A stretch of DNA of 64,000 nucleotides from Candidatus Poribacteria bacterium (GCA_963663765.2 CAXXUA010000004.1:1056001-1120000), one strand, 5' to 3'. Counted from the first letter of the stretch, positions 1 through 10,157 are shown. Notes: generated by a model not told the origin, from the letters alone. Numbers and translations are program-made.

Positions 1-953
1 CGAATGGTGTCGTCCTCGCTTCCACTTGCGATTGTGTTTCCATCCGAACTGAACGCAACACTATTGACATCCCCTGTATGTCCTTCAAATGTTCTGATAT
101 ATTCTCCTGTATCTGTGTTCCACAACCGGATGGTATCGTCCCAACTTCCACTTGCGATTGTGTTTCCATCCGAACTGAACGCAACGCTATTGACATACCC
201 TGTATGTTCTTCTATTGTCCTGATATGCTCGCCTGTATCTGTGTTCCACAACCGGATGGTTCTGTCATCACTCCCACTTGCGAGTGTGCTGCTATCCGAA
301 CTGAACGCTACGCTATTGACATCCCCTGTATGTTCTTCGATTGTCCTGATATTCTCCCCTGTATCTGTGTTCCACAAGCGGATGGTTTTATCATCACTCC
401 CACTTGCGAGTGTGCTGCTATCCGAACTGAACGCTACACTATTGACCCAATCCGTATGTCCTTCAAGTATTCTAATATGCTCCCCTGTGTTTACGTTCCA
501 TAAACGGATGGTTTTATCATTACTCCCACTTGCGAGTGTGCTGCTATCCGAACTGAACGCTACACTATTGACATACCTTGTATGTCCTTCAAGTGTTCTG
601 ATATACTCTCCTGTATTCGCGTTCCATAAGCGAATGGTTTTATCCTCACTCCCACTTGCGAGGGTGTTTCCATCTGGACTAAATGCTACACATAAGACAT
701 TACTCGTATGTCCAGTTAATACGTTAAGTTCTTCACCTGTTTCTGCATCATAAATCCAAACACCTATGCTGCTTGCTACTGCCAACTTACTGCCATCTGG
801 TGAGTACTTTACCTCTTCGACCATTCCTTTCCCGAGACGTGCTATTGCTCCTTCGGGTAGACCCCACTTTGTGTAGTCTTGGGCGGGGGTGTTGGTGGTA
901 AAGGTTAATGTAATAAAAAGTGTTATCAAGATTGAATACAATATGTTTTTCAT
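1..953 (-). CDS. Secreted WD40-repeat protein (runs off the left edge)
   Basis: Read manually from the reverse strand because it is absent from the ORF track. ATG at 953, signal-peptide-like MKNILYSILITLFITLTFTTNTPAQ, then WGLPEGAIARLGKG and 42-aa repeats GHT..VNSVAFSSDxxTLASGSxDxTIRLWN with a 126-bp period. Confidence 0.9.
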   Translation of the reverse strand, partial: MKNILYSILITLFITLTFTTNTPAQDYTKWGLPEGAIARLGKGMVEEVKYSPDGSKLAVASSIGVWIYDAETGEELNVLTGHTSNVLCVAFSPDGNTLASGSEDKTIRLWNANTGEYIRTLEGHTRYVNSVAFSSDSSTLASGSNDKTIRLWNVNTGEHIRILEGHTDWVNSVAFSSDSSTLASGSDDKTIRLWNTDTGENIRTIEEHTGDVNSVAFSSDSSTLASGSDDRTIRLWNTDTGEHIRTIEEHTGYVNSVAFSSDGNTIASGSWDDTIRLWNTDTGEYIRTFEGHTGDVNSVAFSSDGNTIASGSEDDTI

Positions 954-976
954 TGTTATTTTCCTTATGTTGACTG

Positions 977-3739
977 CTACTTCAGTAGCATCATTTTCCG
1001 AGTAGCAGTAAATTCGCCTGCCGTGAGTGTGTAGAAATACACACCGTTTGCCACAGGTTCACCCTGTTGATTTTTGCCATCCCAATATGCAGCACGATTT
1101 TTGGCTTGGTACAGACCGGCTGGCTGCTGTCCCAAATCCAGTTTCCGAACAACTGTTCCATTAGCAGCATAAATCCTCAGCGTTACATCCGCATGCTTCG
1201 CCAGCTGAAAAGGTATCCATGTCTCTGGGTTAAATGGGTTTGGGTAGTTCGCGAGCAGTGCGTTTTTATCGGGTAAGGTAACCTGGACGGTGGGTGCTGA
1301 TTGTGTTTCGGTTACTTCAAAGCGAGTGATTTCAGTAAAATCATGGTAAACGGTGTTCCTTGCTTTGTCAGTAACACCTATTCCGATAACCCCCCAAACA
1401 CCAGGAAAACTGCCTTCCGGCAAGTAAATAGAACTCGTATATTTTTGATAGACATTTGGGGCATCTTGAAAATAGATTTCCTTTGTCCCGCTATAATTGT
1501 ATGGTCCCGAAATACTATATTCTCGTTCACCCCCCAACGGGTCTCTGATAACGATATGCCCTTTTTCAAACCCACTTATATCGTCTTTCACATAATACTC
1601 TACAGTGACAAACGTTTCACCATTTGGATTAATAGGATTTGTGGGTTCAGCATCAACGGTGATCCTGTTAACATCAAGTGTGGGCGGTGTCGTATCCGGG
1701 TTCTTCGTTTCTATTGTTACTTTATGTATCTGTTCATCAATATCAGGTAGCCAAGCATTCTCGTCATTTATAGCATCCGAAAAGTAGAGCCTTTTTAATT
1801 CATATACCCCTCCGGGCATATAATGTGGGATGAAAAAAGTTGATCTCAATGTCCAAATATCTCCCTCGTGCCTGAGTATATCAGCACGCACTGTCCAAAC
1901 TGAAGAACCACCAAGATCCCAACTCTTGCCGTATGCCAGTAGGTAGTTGTAGACCCCTGGACTAAAGTCCTCTTTTTCTGCTGGTTTTATATAAGTAGAC
2001 CCGCTGAGACGCTTATCCTCTTTTACTTGCCACGTTGCGGTTACGGCGTAGAAATGCTCGTTTTTAGCGGTGTATGCGTCTGATACTGTCAACTTTGCGG
2101 AATTCGGCACATATTCTGGTGGGTATAAGTCTTCGTATATGTTATCAATATATATTTTCAAGCCGAAGCCACCCGAATTATATCTTGTTAGCCTATTCAC
2201 ATCGTACGTTAACATCTGTGTTATTGTGTAGTCCCCTTTAGCATAAGACGAAGGCACATTCGTGCGTCCGCGCAATATATTGCTCTGACTCTGACGATAA
2301 GAAGTTTGCCCCTGGGCATCTACTGGACGTAATCGAACGACAAAGCGGAGAGGCCCCTCTCCACCTCCCTCTAAGTCGCCATCTAACAATTGAAATAGCA
2401 CACTCCCACCTGTTGAGTAATCCAATTCGTTTTCTGTATGGGTTTCTATTTCAATCTCAACGCGTTTAGTCCCTTCTGGTTCACCTGCCACTGTCACATC
2501 CACCCGGACGACTTCTCCGGGGTACACATAATCGGGATATAAGTTATAGACAACAAAGGTGAGGTCTTCACGTATTTGCGAAATATAGCGTGTGCCGTGC
2601 ATAATCCTGTTCTGTACAAACTCATACTTCGCAGGCGATCTTGACCTGAGTTTATCCGGTGTTACGATATAGTAAGCGATACTTTCTGCCATATCTTCAT
2701 TTGGATTTACGCCATGTGCGTAGTCGGACACGAATTCGGTCTGATTGGTTGTCATCCACCTTTCATCTTCATAATACCAACCACCAAGTTCTATCCAGTC
2801 TGCTTTGAGTTGCTCATCAAATAGATAAGTCCACAAGAAGTGTGCTTTTTCATGGAGAATTATCCGTTGTGTTTCGTGTGTGATCCCATCTATAAAAGCT
2901 TTGTCGGTAAACTCTATAAAGCCCTTCTCCGTATCTGCGCGTGCGGTGTATTTAACAAATGGATCGGGTGCCCGTCTGATAAGATATTTCAATCCATGTG
3001 TTACATGCATGCCTGAAGGATATTCTTCAAACATTACCATGATCCCCAGTATTTCTTCATAGGAAAATTTGCTAAACTTATCCGCAGGTTCATCTGTTAA
3101 TGCTTCGTAGTCTGGCACATGCACTGTAACACCATATCTTCTCTGTAGCATCTGATCTATCACAAGGTTTTGAATTCCCTTTCCTGGTATGTATGTAGAA
3201 AATCTGAGGACGGCTCGCCAAAGTCGCTTGGAAAATAATCGTCCTTGAATACCATCTATTTTTGCGACAAACGGATGAGCATAAGTGAATGCCTCTGATG
3301 CAATTGTTATCGTCCGAAGACTCCCACGTTCGACTGCCCCATCGGGCCCCAGGTCAATGTCTTGTACCACATGAGCATCACTTAACATCCAATAACTTGG
3401 GTTCTGCCTCCAAGGTGTAAACGAAACATTCTGTGTCACCTCTTGTAATGCCTGTAGTAGCAGATATGCTTTATCCTCATCCCATTCAGGCGATAAATAC
3501 ACTTCATACCAATCTGCTAATTTCAGACTCGCACTATCTGATATAGATGTTTTTATGTCAGTACCTTCTATTTCTACCTCTATCGGTTGGGGGACAAAAA
3601 CTGTTTCTTGCCCTGAAGGGACTTCATCTGTTGCCCAGTGATATGTTGTAGTTTCCCATTCAGCAATCGCCTGCCCTAATGCGGATACACCGATGAGGAT
3701 GATGAGAGTAACTACACCTCGTATTTTCTTCTTATTCAT
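977..3739 (-). CDS. Secreted zincin metallopeptidase-like protein with C-terminal FlgD-Ig/T9SS-like sorting domain
   Basis: 920 aa with a signal peptide. HExxH (ILHEKAH) plus downstream SDYA...NEDMAES zincin motif. Tail LLANYPNPFNPETWIPF...WDGKN..GEPVANGVYFY..RKMMLLK. Confidence 0.75.
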   Translation of the reverse strand: MNKKKIRGVVTLIILIGVSALGQAIAEWETTTYHWATDEVPSGQETVFVPQPIEVEIEGTDIKTSISDSASLKLADWYEVYLSPEWDEDKAYLLLQALQEVTQNVSFTPWRQNPSYWMLSDAHVVQDIDLGPDGAVERGSLRTITIASEAFTYAHPFVAKIDGIQGRLFSKRLWRAVLRFSTYIPGKGIQNLVIDQMLQRRYGVTVHVPDYEALTDEPADKFSKFSYEEILGIMVMFEEYPSGMHVTHGLKYLIRRAPDPFVKYTARADTEKGFIEFTDKAFIDGITHETQRIILHEKAHFLWTYLFDEQLKADWIELGGWYYEDERWMTTNQTEFVSDYAHGVNPNEDMAESIAYYIVTPDKLRSRSPAKYEFVQNRIMHGTRYISQIREDLTFVVYNLYPDYVYPGEVVRVDVTVAGEPEGTKRVEIEIETHTENELDYSTGGSVLFQLLDGDLEGGGEGPLRFVVRLRPVDAQGQTSYRQSQSNILRGRTNVPSSYAKGDYTITQMLTYDVNRLTRYNSGGFGLKIYIDNIYEDLYPPEYVPNSAKLTVSDAYTAKNEHFYAVTATWQVKEDKRLSGSTYIKPAEKEDFSPGVYNYLLAYGKSWDLGGSSVWTVRADILRHEGDIWTLRSTFFIPHYMPGGVYELKRLYFSDAINDENAWLPDIDEQIHKVTIETKNPDTTPPTLDVNRITVDAEPTNPINPNGETFVTVEYYVKDDISGFEKGHIVIRDPLGGEREYSISGPYNYSGTKEIYFQDAPNVYQKYTSSIYLPEGSFPGVWGVIGIGVTDKARNTVYHDFTEITRFEVTETQSAPTVQVTLPDKNALLANYPNPFNPETWIPFQLAKHADVTLRIYAANGTVVRKLDLGQQPAGLYQAKNRAAYWDGKNQQGEPVANGVYFYTLTAGEFTATRKMMLLK

Positions 3740-3749
3740 GAGTATTCTC

Positions 3750-5942
3750 CTAATCGAAGTTTTGTGCTACAATAATGAGATCTAATATATTGACAAACCC
3801 ATCGCCATTCAAGTCTGGTTCTGCTGCTTCAAAGGCATTTGCGACAATCACTAAGTCTTGTATGTTGACTACGCCATCCATATTGACATCTGGTGTGTTA
3901 TTGTTGGTTTCTATAGTGAGTTGTGGTAGTTTCCACAAAAGTACGGTGCCATCATTACTCCCACTTGCTAGTGTTTGCCCATCTGGACTGAACGATACAC
4001 TATTGACACTGCCAGTATGTCCCTCAAGTATGCCCATGCCCGTCTGCGTAGCTACATCCCACAAACGCACGGTGTTATCCTTACCCCCACTTGCGATTGT
4101 TTTGCCATCTGGATTGAACGATACACTATTAACAGCAGCGGTATGCCCCTCAAGTTTGCCTATTTCTGTCTGTGTATCCACATCCCATAGACGCAACGTA
4201 CGGTCGTTACTCCCACTTACAATAATTTTTTCATCTGGACTGAAAACAACACTATTGACCCATCCGGTATGTCCTCGAAGTATAGCTATTTCTGTCAGCA
4301 TATCCACATCCCACAAACGAACCGTGCCGTCAACACTTCCCGCAGTGGCGAGGGTGCGTCCATCTGGACTAAACGACCCACTTTGGACCTGCCCGATATG
4401 TCCCCAAAGTATACCTATTTCCGTATCCGTATCCACATCCCATAAACGCACATTTGGGCTTCCGTTATAAGGACTGTGATAACCGTGGCTGAGAATTGCA
4501 AGCGTGTGTCCATCCGGACTGAAAACAGCAATACTGACCCAGTGGTTCGGTATCTCTAGCCTGCGTATTTCTGTGTACGTAGCAGCATCTCGCAAACATA
4601 TCACCTGCTGCCCACACCTACTTAAGATTGTTTTTCCATCCGGACTGAACGATACATTTTCGATACCGAGCTCACTGCTGCCTATTTCTGTCATCGTCGC
4701 AACATCCCACATACGAAGGAAGCGAATGTAATTACCTCCATTCGCTGCGATTGTTTTTCCATCCGGACTGAACGATACACTTTGTACCGAATGCCCCCCA
4801 AGGAAGTTCCAGGTATGCTCATCATATATGGTTTCTATATTTTCTTTTTGTGCATCAACAAGTGCATCAACAACCCACAAGATGTCCCATAAATCTATGC
4901 CTGTACCTACTATCAGGTTGTTTGTTGTTACTTTCACATATTGAATATTTTCTTGCGTATTTACATTCAAGATACGGATGAGACTCGAACTATATGCAAA
5001 TGTTTTGCCATCCGGACTGAAAGATACACGCAAGATTGGCGAGAGGTTGCTCCTAAGTATATCTACTTCTGTCTGTCTAGCAACATCCCACAAACGCACC
5101 GTGCCGTCATTACTCGCGCTTACGATATTTTTTCCATCCGGACCAAACGCTACACTATTGACAGCACCAGTATGTCCTTCAAGTATAGCGATTTGTGTCT
5201 GTGTATCCACATCCCACAAACGCACCTTGCGATCAACACTTCCACTTGCGATTGTTTTCCCATCCAGGCTGAACGCGACACTCAAGACAGCATAGGTATG
5301 CCCTTCGAGAGTTCCTATTTCTGTTTGTGTTTCCACATCCCATAAACGCACAATATCGTCCTGACCACCCGTTGCAAGTGTTGTGCCATCCGGACTGAAC
5401 GATACACTCTCTAACGACCCGGTATATCCTTCAAGTGTGTGTATTTGCGTCTGTGTATCCACATCCCATAAACGTAGAGTGTTATCATTGTCCCGACTTG
5501 CAAGAGTGCGTCCATCCGGACTGAAAAATATACTATCTGGTCCCCCAGCATGCCCCTCAAGAGTTCCTATTTCTGTTTGTGTATCCACATCCCACAAACG
5601 CACGGTGTTGTCATTACCTCCACTTGCGAGGGTGCGTCCATCCGGACTGAACGCAACACGATCTACCGCCCCGGTATGCCCGGTCAGCAGGGAAAGTTCT
5701 TCACTTGTCTGTACATTATAAATCCATATACCGATCTGACTCGCCACAGCAAGCAACGTCCCATCTTGTGAACACGTTATATCATTTATCCCGCCTTTGC
5801 CGAGCCGCGCTTTTGCACCTTCGGGTAACACCCACTGTGTGTAGGGTTCATTTTCAGAAATCGTGTCGGATACATATATAAACATTGAAACGATCAAGAA
5901 TATCAGACTGAAAAATCCTGATAAACATCTTTGCATTTTCAC
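3750..5942 (-). CDS. Secreted WD40-repeat protein with C-terminal dockerin-like domain
   Basis: 730 aa with many GH...SFSPDG.TLASG..D.TVRLWD repeats. The C-terminal duplicated DVNMDGVVNIQDL / DLNGDGFVNILDL is dockerin/EF-hand-like. Confidence 0.9.
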   Translation of the reverse strand: MKMQRCLSGFFSLIFLIVSMFIYVSDTISENEPYTQWVLPEGAKARLGKGGINDITCSQDGTLLAVASQIGIWIYNVQTSEELSLLTGHTGAVDRVAFSPDGRTLASGGNDNTVRLWDVDTQTEIGTLEGHAGGPDSIFFSPDGRTLASRDNDNTLRLWDVDTQTQIHTLEGYTGSLESVSFSPDGTTLATGGQDDIVRLWDVETQTEIGTLEGHTYAVLSVAFSLDGKTIASGSVDRKVRLWDVDTQTQIAILEGHTGAVNSVAFGPDGKNIVSASNDGTVRLWDVARQTEVDILRSNLSPILRVSFSPDGKTFAYSSSLIRILNVNTQENIQYVKVTTNNLIVGTGIDLWDILWVVDALVDAQKENIETIYDEHTWNFLGGHSVQSVSFSPDGKTIAANGGNYIRFLRMWDVATMTEIGSSELGIENVSFSPDGKTILSRCGQQVICLRDAATYTEIRRLEIPNHWVSIAVFSPDGHTLAILSHGYHSPYNGSPNVRLWDVDTDTEIGILWGHIGQVQSGSFSPDGRTLATAGSVDGTVRLWDVDMLTEIAILRGHTGWVNSVVFSPDEKIIVSGSNDRTLRLWDVDTQTEIGKLEGHTAAVNSVSFNPDGKTIASGGKDNTVRLWDVATQTGMGILEGHTGSVNSVSFSPDGQTLASGSNDGTVLLWKLPQLTIETNNNTPDVNMDGVVNIQDLVIVANAFEAAEPDLNGDGFVNILDLIIVAQNFD

Positions 5943-6343
5943 AAGTTACCTCAATTCAGGTTATCAAACATAAAGCTTAGACCGAGCCTGTGTCGGTGCT
6001 ACTTCCTATCACCAAATATAAAATACAACAACGACTCAAAGATATATCTATCAATATATCTTTTACCTTACTGAACATTAAACTCTGCGTCTTGCTTCTC
6101 CGCTTCACGAAACGGGTGTGTAAAGTTTTTGTCACAAGAATGTACTGAATACAGATCTTGCTTAGTATTAGGTAAAATGGTATCCTTCTAAAAAACCAAT
6201 TTTTATCTGAGAGGATACCAATGTAAAGTATATCATTAGCAAGTTGTGAAGTCAAAGAGTTTAGAGAAGATGCAATCCATTTTGTAGAAAAGATCAATAA
6301 TGTTTTACACACCCTTAGTTCAGACAATCTTTATGTAGACGTT

Positions 6344-7628
6344 ATGGAGATATTAGCCTTTGAGACGATGCGTTCGTTAGGTCAAATGATGTTAGAAATG
6401 GGTGTTCTCAAACATTCCGTTGAACAAGTTTTTGGATCTGTTGAATGTCCACAATGTCAACAAGCGTGTCGTCCGTATCGTAAAAGAGAACGCCATATTA
6501 CGACGCTATGTGGTGTTATTCGTGTTGACCGTTGGGTGTATCGTTGTGCTTCGGGTCATTATCATTTTCCGTGGGATACGAAAGAAAAGTTGAAAGGTCA
6601 GTACACACATCGTGTAGCTGAAGTGATGTGTCGTCTATCTGCGCGTCTTGACTTCAGGGAGGCATCAGAGGAGTTGTCTCGTCAAGGGATAGAAGTCAGT
6701 CGGACGACCCTCAATCAAAATGTGCGTGAATGGTCAAAAGCGTTGCGGGATTCACAACAAGTGGAAACACAAAAACTTGAGGCAAATCAGCGGTGGTATG
6801 TCAGTTGTGATGGCTGTTATACGAACTCACCGGATGGGTGGACTGAAGTGAAAGTAGGAAGTATTTATAGAGATTACCCGCACTATGGTTCTATTGCGAA
6901 AGCGAGTGTTAGAACGCCAAGTATTCGTTATGTTGCGACCCGTCATAATGCGGAAGACTTTGGTAAGGAGTTGTATGCGTTAGCCACCAACAGCGGTATC
7001 TATCAAGAAGATATAGATACACAAGAGGTTATCTTTATTAGCGATGGTGCTGCGTGGATTTGGAACTTAGCGGATGAATACTTCCCGAATGCCGTTGAGT
7101 TTGTGGATTATACCCAATTAACGTGAGTCGTCTTGCTAAGTGTGCGGTTAGGAAACCGCACCTACCGTTGAAAAAAGATAAATTACATTAATTTGGTATT
7201 ACATGCACGCCACATCTCATCTGTATAATGTTGCGAAACACGCCTTCGGTGAGATGGAAACAGAAGCGATAGAAGCCTGGATCAAAGCAACAGAACCGCT
7301 CCTTAACGATGGCAACATCACAGAAGTCGTTTCAAGCATCCGTGCCTTAGCCACACAGCACCCGGAAGTTTCAGATAGTTTAGAAAGAGAAGCAAGATAT
7401 TTTGAAAAACATGCAAAACGTATGCAATATAAAGTATTTAGAGAAAAAGGGTATCAGATCGGTAGTGGCGTAATTGAGAGTGCCTGTAAACATGTTGTTG
7501 GACAAAGATGTAAACAGGCTTCTATGAGATGGGAGAAACCGGGTATCAATGCTGTTCTAAGTTGGAGATGTCTGTTGAAAAATAATGCCTGGGACAGATA
7601 TTGGTATCCAGACACAAATGCCGCATAA
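6344..7628 (+). pseudogene. ISKra4/UPF0236-type DDE transposase split by an insertion
   Basis: CPQC zinc motif, YVSCDG, FISDGAAWIW and GYQIGSGVIESACKHVV..R.KQASMRW. Removing 7111-7201 rejoins the two ORFs in frame as VEFVDY-MHATSHL. Confidence 0.9.
7111..7198. mobile_element. 88-bp MITE carrying a REP hairpin
   Basis: TIR TACCCAATTAACGTGA / TTACATTAATTTGGTA (13/16 match). TTA duplicated at 7108-7110 and 7199-7201. Internal hairpin TGCGGTTAGGAAACCGCA-CCTAC. Confidence 0.85.
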
Positions 7629-7667
7629 CGCTTAGTGACAAAAACTTTACACACCCAACATGACGGG

Positions 7668-8356
7668 CAGGGTTATTTTGTTTTAAGAGTTTTCTGTTAT
7701 TGAGATTTACTGAAAGTTAATACCCAGGTTTGATTTCCTAACGGAACTTTCAGCAGTTTTAGATTATTGAAACATGAACATCGCTCTTTAGTCCCGCCAA
7801 ATGCCATAAGGGGAATGCCTTAATGGCATTCATACCGTTGATTTGGCGCATTTGGCGTTGATTTGGTAGGGACGATATGTTTATAGAAACCGAATACCCT
7901 ACACAGCTCTTTAGTCCCGTAGGGACGATATGTTTATAGAAAACGAATACCCTCTACAGCTCTTTAGTCCCGTAGGGACGATATGTTTATAGAAAACGAA
8001 TACCCACCACAGCTCTTTAGTCCCGTAGGGACGATATGTTTATAGAAACCGAATACCCACAACAGCTCTTTAGTCCCGTAGGGACGATATGTTTATAGAA
8101 AAAGAATACCTTACACTGCTCTTTAGTCCCGTAGGGACGATATGTTTATAGAAACCGAATACCCACAACAGCTCTTTAGTCCCGCCAAATGCCATACGCG
8201 CATTTGGCGTTGATTTGGTAGGGACGATATGTTTATTCTTCTACGTCGTTCCTACGGAACTCAATTGGGGTGGAAAACATTTTCTATAAACATATCGTCC
8301 CTACGGGACTAAAGAAAACAAAAGTTTGTACCTCTGTGCAAAAACTTTACACACCC
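7668..8356. mobile_element. Hybrid MITE: CAGGG (ISAs1-like) left end and ISKra4-like right end, with REP cargo
   Basis: The left ~120 bp match the elements at 43117 and 58619. The right ~130 bp match the reverse complement of the element at 36290 and end in AAAACTTTACACACCC. Confidence 0.7.
7866..8236. repeat. 53-bp tandem array of a GTAG-REP hairpin (about 6 units)
   Basis: Constant GCTCTTTAGTCCCGTAGGGACGATATGTTTATAGAAA plus 16-bp linkers of the form xxGAATACCxxxxACx. Confidence 0.9.
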
Positions 8357-8379
8357 TGTATAGTGATTAAAGTAATTTC

Positions 8380-8408
8380 TTGACAAGCTTTAAGAAATAT
8401 ATTATCAT
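8380..8408 (+). promoter_or_regulatory. Sigma70-like promoter for brnT-DUF932
   Basis: TTGACA-17 bp-TATCAT, about 70 bp upstream of the GTG at 8479. Confidence 0.55.
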
Positions 8409-8478
8409 AGATTTTACATCACAAAATAGAATATTGGAGATTGCATAAAGCAATTTCCTGCGGGACAGAGATGGGTAC

Positions 8479-8793
8479 GTGGAATTCGATAAGAACCTTA
8501 AATTTGAGTGGGACGAGAACAAGCAAACAAACAATGTAAAAAAACATAAAGTAACTTTCCATGAAGCAATGACAGTATTCTCATCTTCTCTATCATTAAC
8601 AGAAAACGATGATCTACACTCACAAGATAAAAAAAGATATAAAACTACTGGATATTCTGTTAAAAACAGATTGCTGGTTGTTATCCATACTGAAAGAGGA
8701 AATGTAATTCGCATAATCTCAGCTAGAAAAGCTAATAAATTAGAACAGAGAAATTACCATGAACACCTTAAAGAATACATACCGCCTAAATAA
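8479..8793 (+). CDS. BrnT-family (DUF497) ribonuclease toxin
   Basis: FEWDENKQTNNVKKHKVTFHEAMTVF...LLVVIHTERGNVIRIISARKA matches the BrnT signature. Confidence 0.85.
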   Translation: MEFDKNLKFEWDENKQTNNVKKHKVTFHEAMTVFSSSLSLTENDDLHSQDKKRYKTTGYSVKNRLLVVIHTERGNVIRIISARKANKLEQRNYHEHLKEYIPPK

Positions 8794-9733
8794 CTTAAAA
8801 TGGGACAGTAGATTAGTTAATGAACATAAAGGAAATCTTGTAGAAATCGCAGATTATATATCTGTTTTTAGGAAGCAGCCTTTCAAAGTAGGTGGATCAG
8901 AGAATAAACACCTTGATGTAGTCGTAAATACTTCAGATGGTGACACACCTGTCGCAACAGTATCTAAGTCATATTCTCTAGTTCAACATTCTGAGATACT
9001 TGAGATTATTACTAAAGCATTTGAAAATCTGGGATATAACATAGATGAAACCGAGTGCAACCTGTATTTAACAGAATACGGCGAGCGGATGTGGTTGAAA
9101 ATACAATTCTTGAAAGGATATATATTTGATCCAGGGGATGGCCATGTACTAATACCTCAGTTGCATGTTAGGAACTCTGTAGATGGAAATGCTCAATTAG
9201 CCTTTGAGTTATCTTGGTATAGACTTGTTTGTTTGAACGGGCTTATGTGTTTAGACACAGAAAGTAGATTTAGTAAGCGACACACAATGTCTTTAAATCC
9301 TGGATTACTTATTGAATATCTAAATGAAAACATCTCAAAAATTCAACGAGAAAAAGAAGTATATACAAAATGGAAACAGAAAGAACTAAATGCTGATATA
9401 GATGCAGAAATACTACAGAACTGGATTGACACTATAGTCTCTGATAGGTGGGGGCGCAGTAATGCTGAAAGAGTATATAGTATTATAGAAACAGGGCAAG
9501 ATGCAAAGATCACAAGATTCAAAGACAAAAAAACTGAAGAAAATAAAGATACTTATATGGTTAGAATTTCTTTGGAAGGTAATGTGCCTGGAGCACAACC
9601 TGCAGAAAATATCTATGATGTTGCTAATGCCCTTTCTTGGATTTCATCCCATCAGAATTCACTTCAGAAGCAATATAAAATGATGCTACAAGTTCCAAAG
9701 ATGTTAATGGATCTTGAGAAATCTCTTGAATAA
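8759..9733 (+). CDS. DUF932-domain protein
   Basis: VSKSYSLVQHSE...NSVDGN...YRLVCLNGL...H pattern typical of DUF932. Overlaps the 3' end of brnT. Confidence 0.75.
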   Translation: MNTLKNTYRLNNLKWDSRLVNEHKGNLVEIADYISVFRKQPFKVGGSENKHLDVVVNTSDGDTPVATVSKSYSLVQHSEILEIITKAFENLGYNIDETECNLYLTEYGERMWLKIQFLKGYIFDPGDGHVLIPQLHVRNSVDGNAQLAFELSWYRLVCLNGLMCLDTESRFSKRHTMSLNPGLLIEYLNENISKIQREKEVYTKWKQKELNADIDAEILQNWIDTIVSDRWGRSNAERVYSIIETGQDAKITRFKDKKTEENKDTYMVRISLEGNVPGAQPAENIYDVANALSWISSHQNSLQKQYKMMLQVPKMLMDLEKSLE

Positions 9734-9784
9734 AGGACACCCTCCCAATTGTTGAGTCTCGTAGGTAGGGTATTGCACATCCTA

Positions 9785-9931
9785 CCCATAAGTGTCAACT
9801 AAAAAGTTTTATACATTGTTGGCGGGGTTTCTAACCCCGATTTTACAGGTCTTGGATCAAAAAATCGGGGTTAAAAACCCCTCCCACAAGAGAATATGCA
9901 AACACTTTTTTCTTAAGTTGACACCTATGGG
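9785..9931. mobile_element. CCCATAGGTGTCAAC-ended MITE with a REP doublet
   Basis: CCCATAAGTGTCAACT...AGTTGACACCTATGGG with internal GGGGTTTCTAACCCCG / CGGGGTTAAAAACCCCTCCCACA. Confidence 0.75.
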
Positions 9932-9944
9932 GTAGATTCTATAC

Positions 9945-10157
9945 TCACATATACAATACGTTCTGCTTGCCGTCTCCGTTTAATAACCCCAAGGTTCCTC
10001 TGGGTAAGATACCCATTATCCTTTCGATTTCCAATTCCAATGCGTCCAAAAAGGCAACCGTTTTGCTGTTCTTGCCAATTTCTTCATTTGTTATCTCCTT
10101 TGAAATAATAAAGTTCAGAATGTCCTGTAAATGTCGTATACATTCGCACTTGTTCAT
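9945..10157 (-). CDS. Small hypothetical protein
   Basis: 70 aa, starting 3 bp after the stop of the DUF4268 gene. No recognised motif. Confidence 0.4.
   Translation of the reverse strand: MNKCECIRHLQDILNFIISKEITNEEIGKNSKTVAFLDALELEIERIMGILPRGTLGLLNGDGKQNVLYM

Larger units (their letters stand above)
6114..7656 (+). mobile_element. ISKra4-family insertion sequence (transposase interrupted)
   Basis: Perfect 22-bp terminal inverted repeat GGGTGTGTAAAGTTTTTGTCAC at 6114-6135 and 7635-7656 enclosing a DDE transposase. No 9-bp TSD is visible. Confidence 0.85.

Noticed and set aside
4-5771. Plus-strand ORFs such as 4..753, 3775..4470 and 5383..5721
   Set aside because: Antisense shadows of the minus-strand WD40 and peptidase genes.
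5977-6327. 116-aa minus-strand ORF
   Set aside because: It spans the IS left end and flanking DNA and has no motif, so it is likely spurious.
6111-7659. AAC as the TSD of the ISKra4 element
   Set aside because: The cognate MITE shows a 9-bp TSD, so a 3-bp match is likely chance. The true TSD was probably lost by rearrangement.
7866-8236. CRISPR array (37-bp palindromic repeat with variable spacers)
   Set aside because: The spacers are only 16 bp and mutually similar, the repeat occurs dispersed in both orientations elsewhere as a REP, and no cas genes are in the window.
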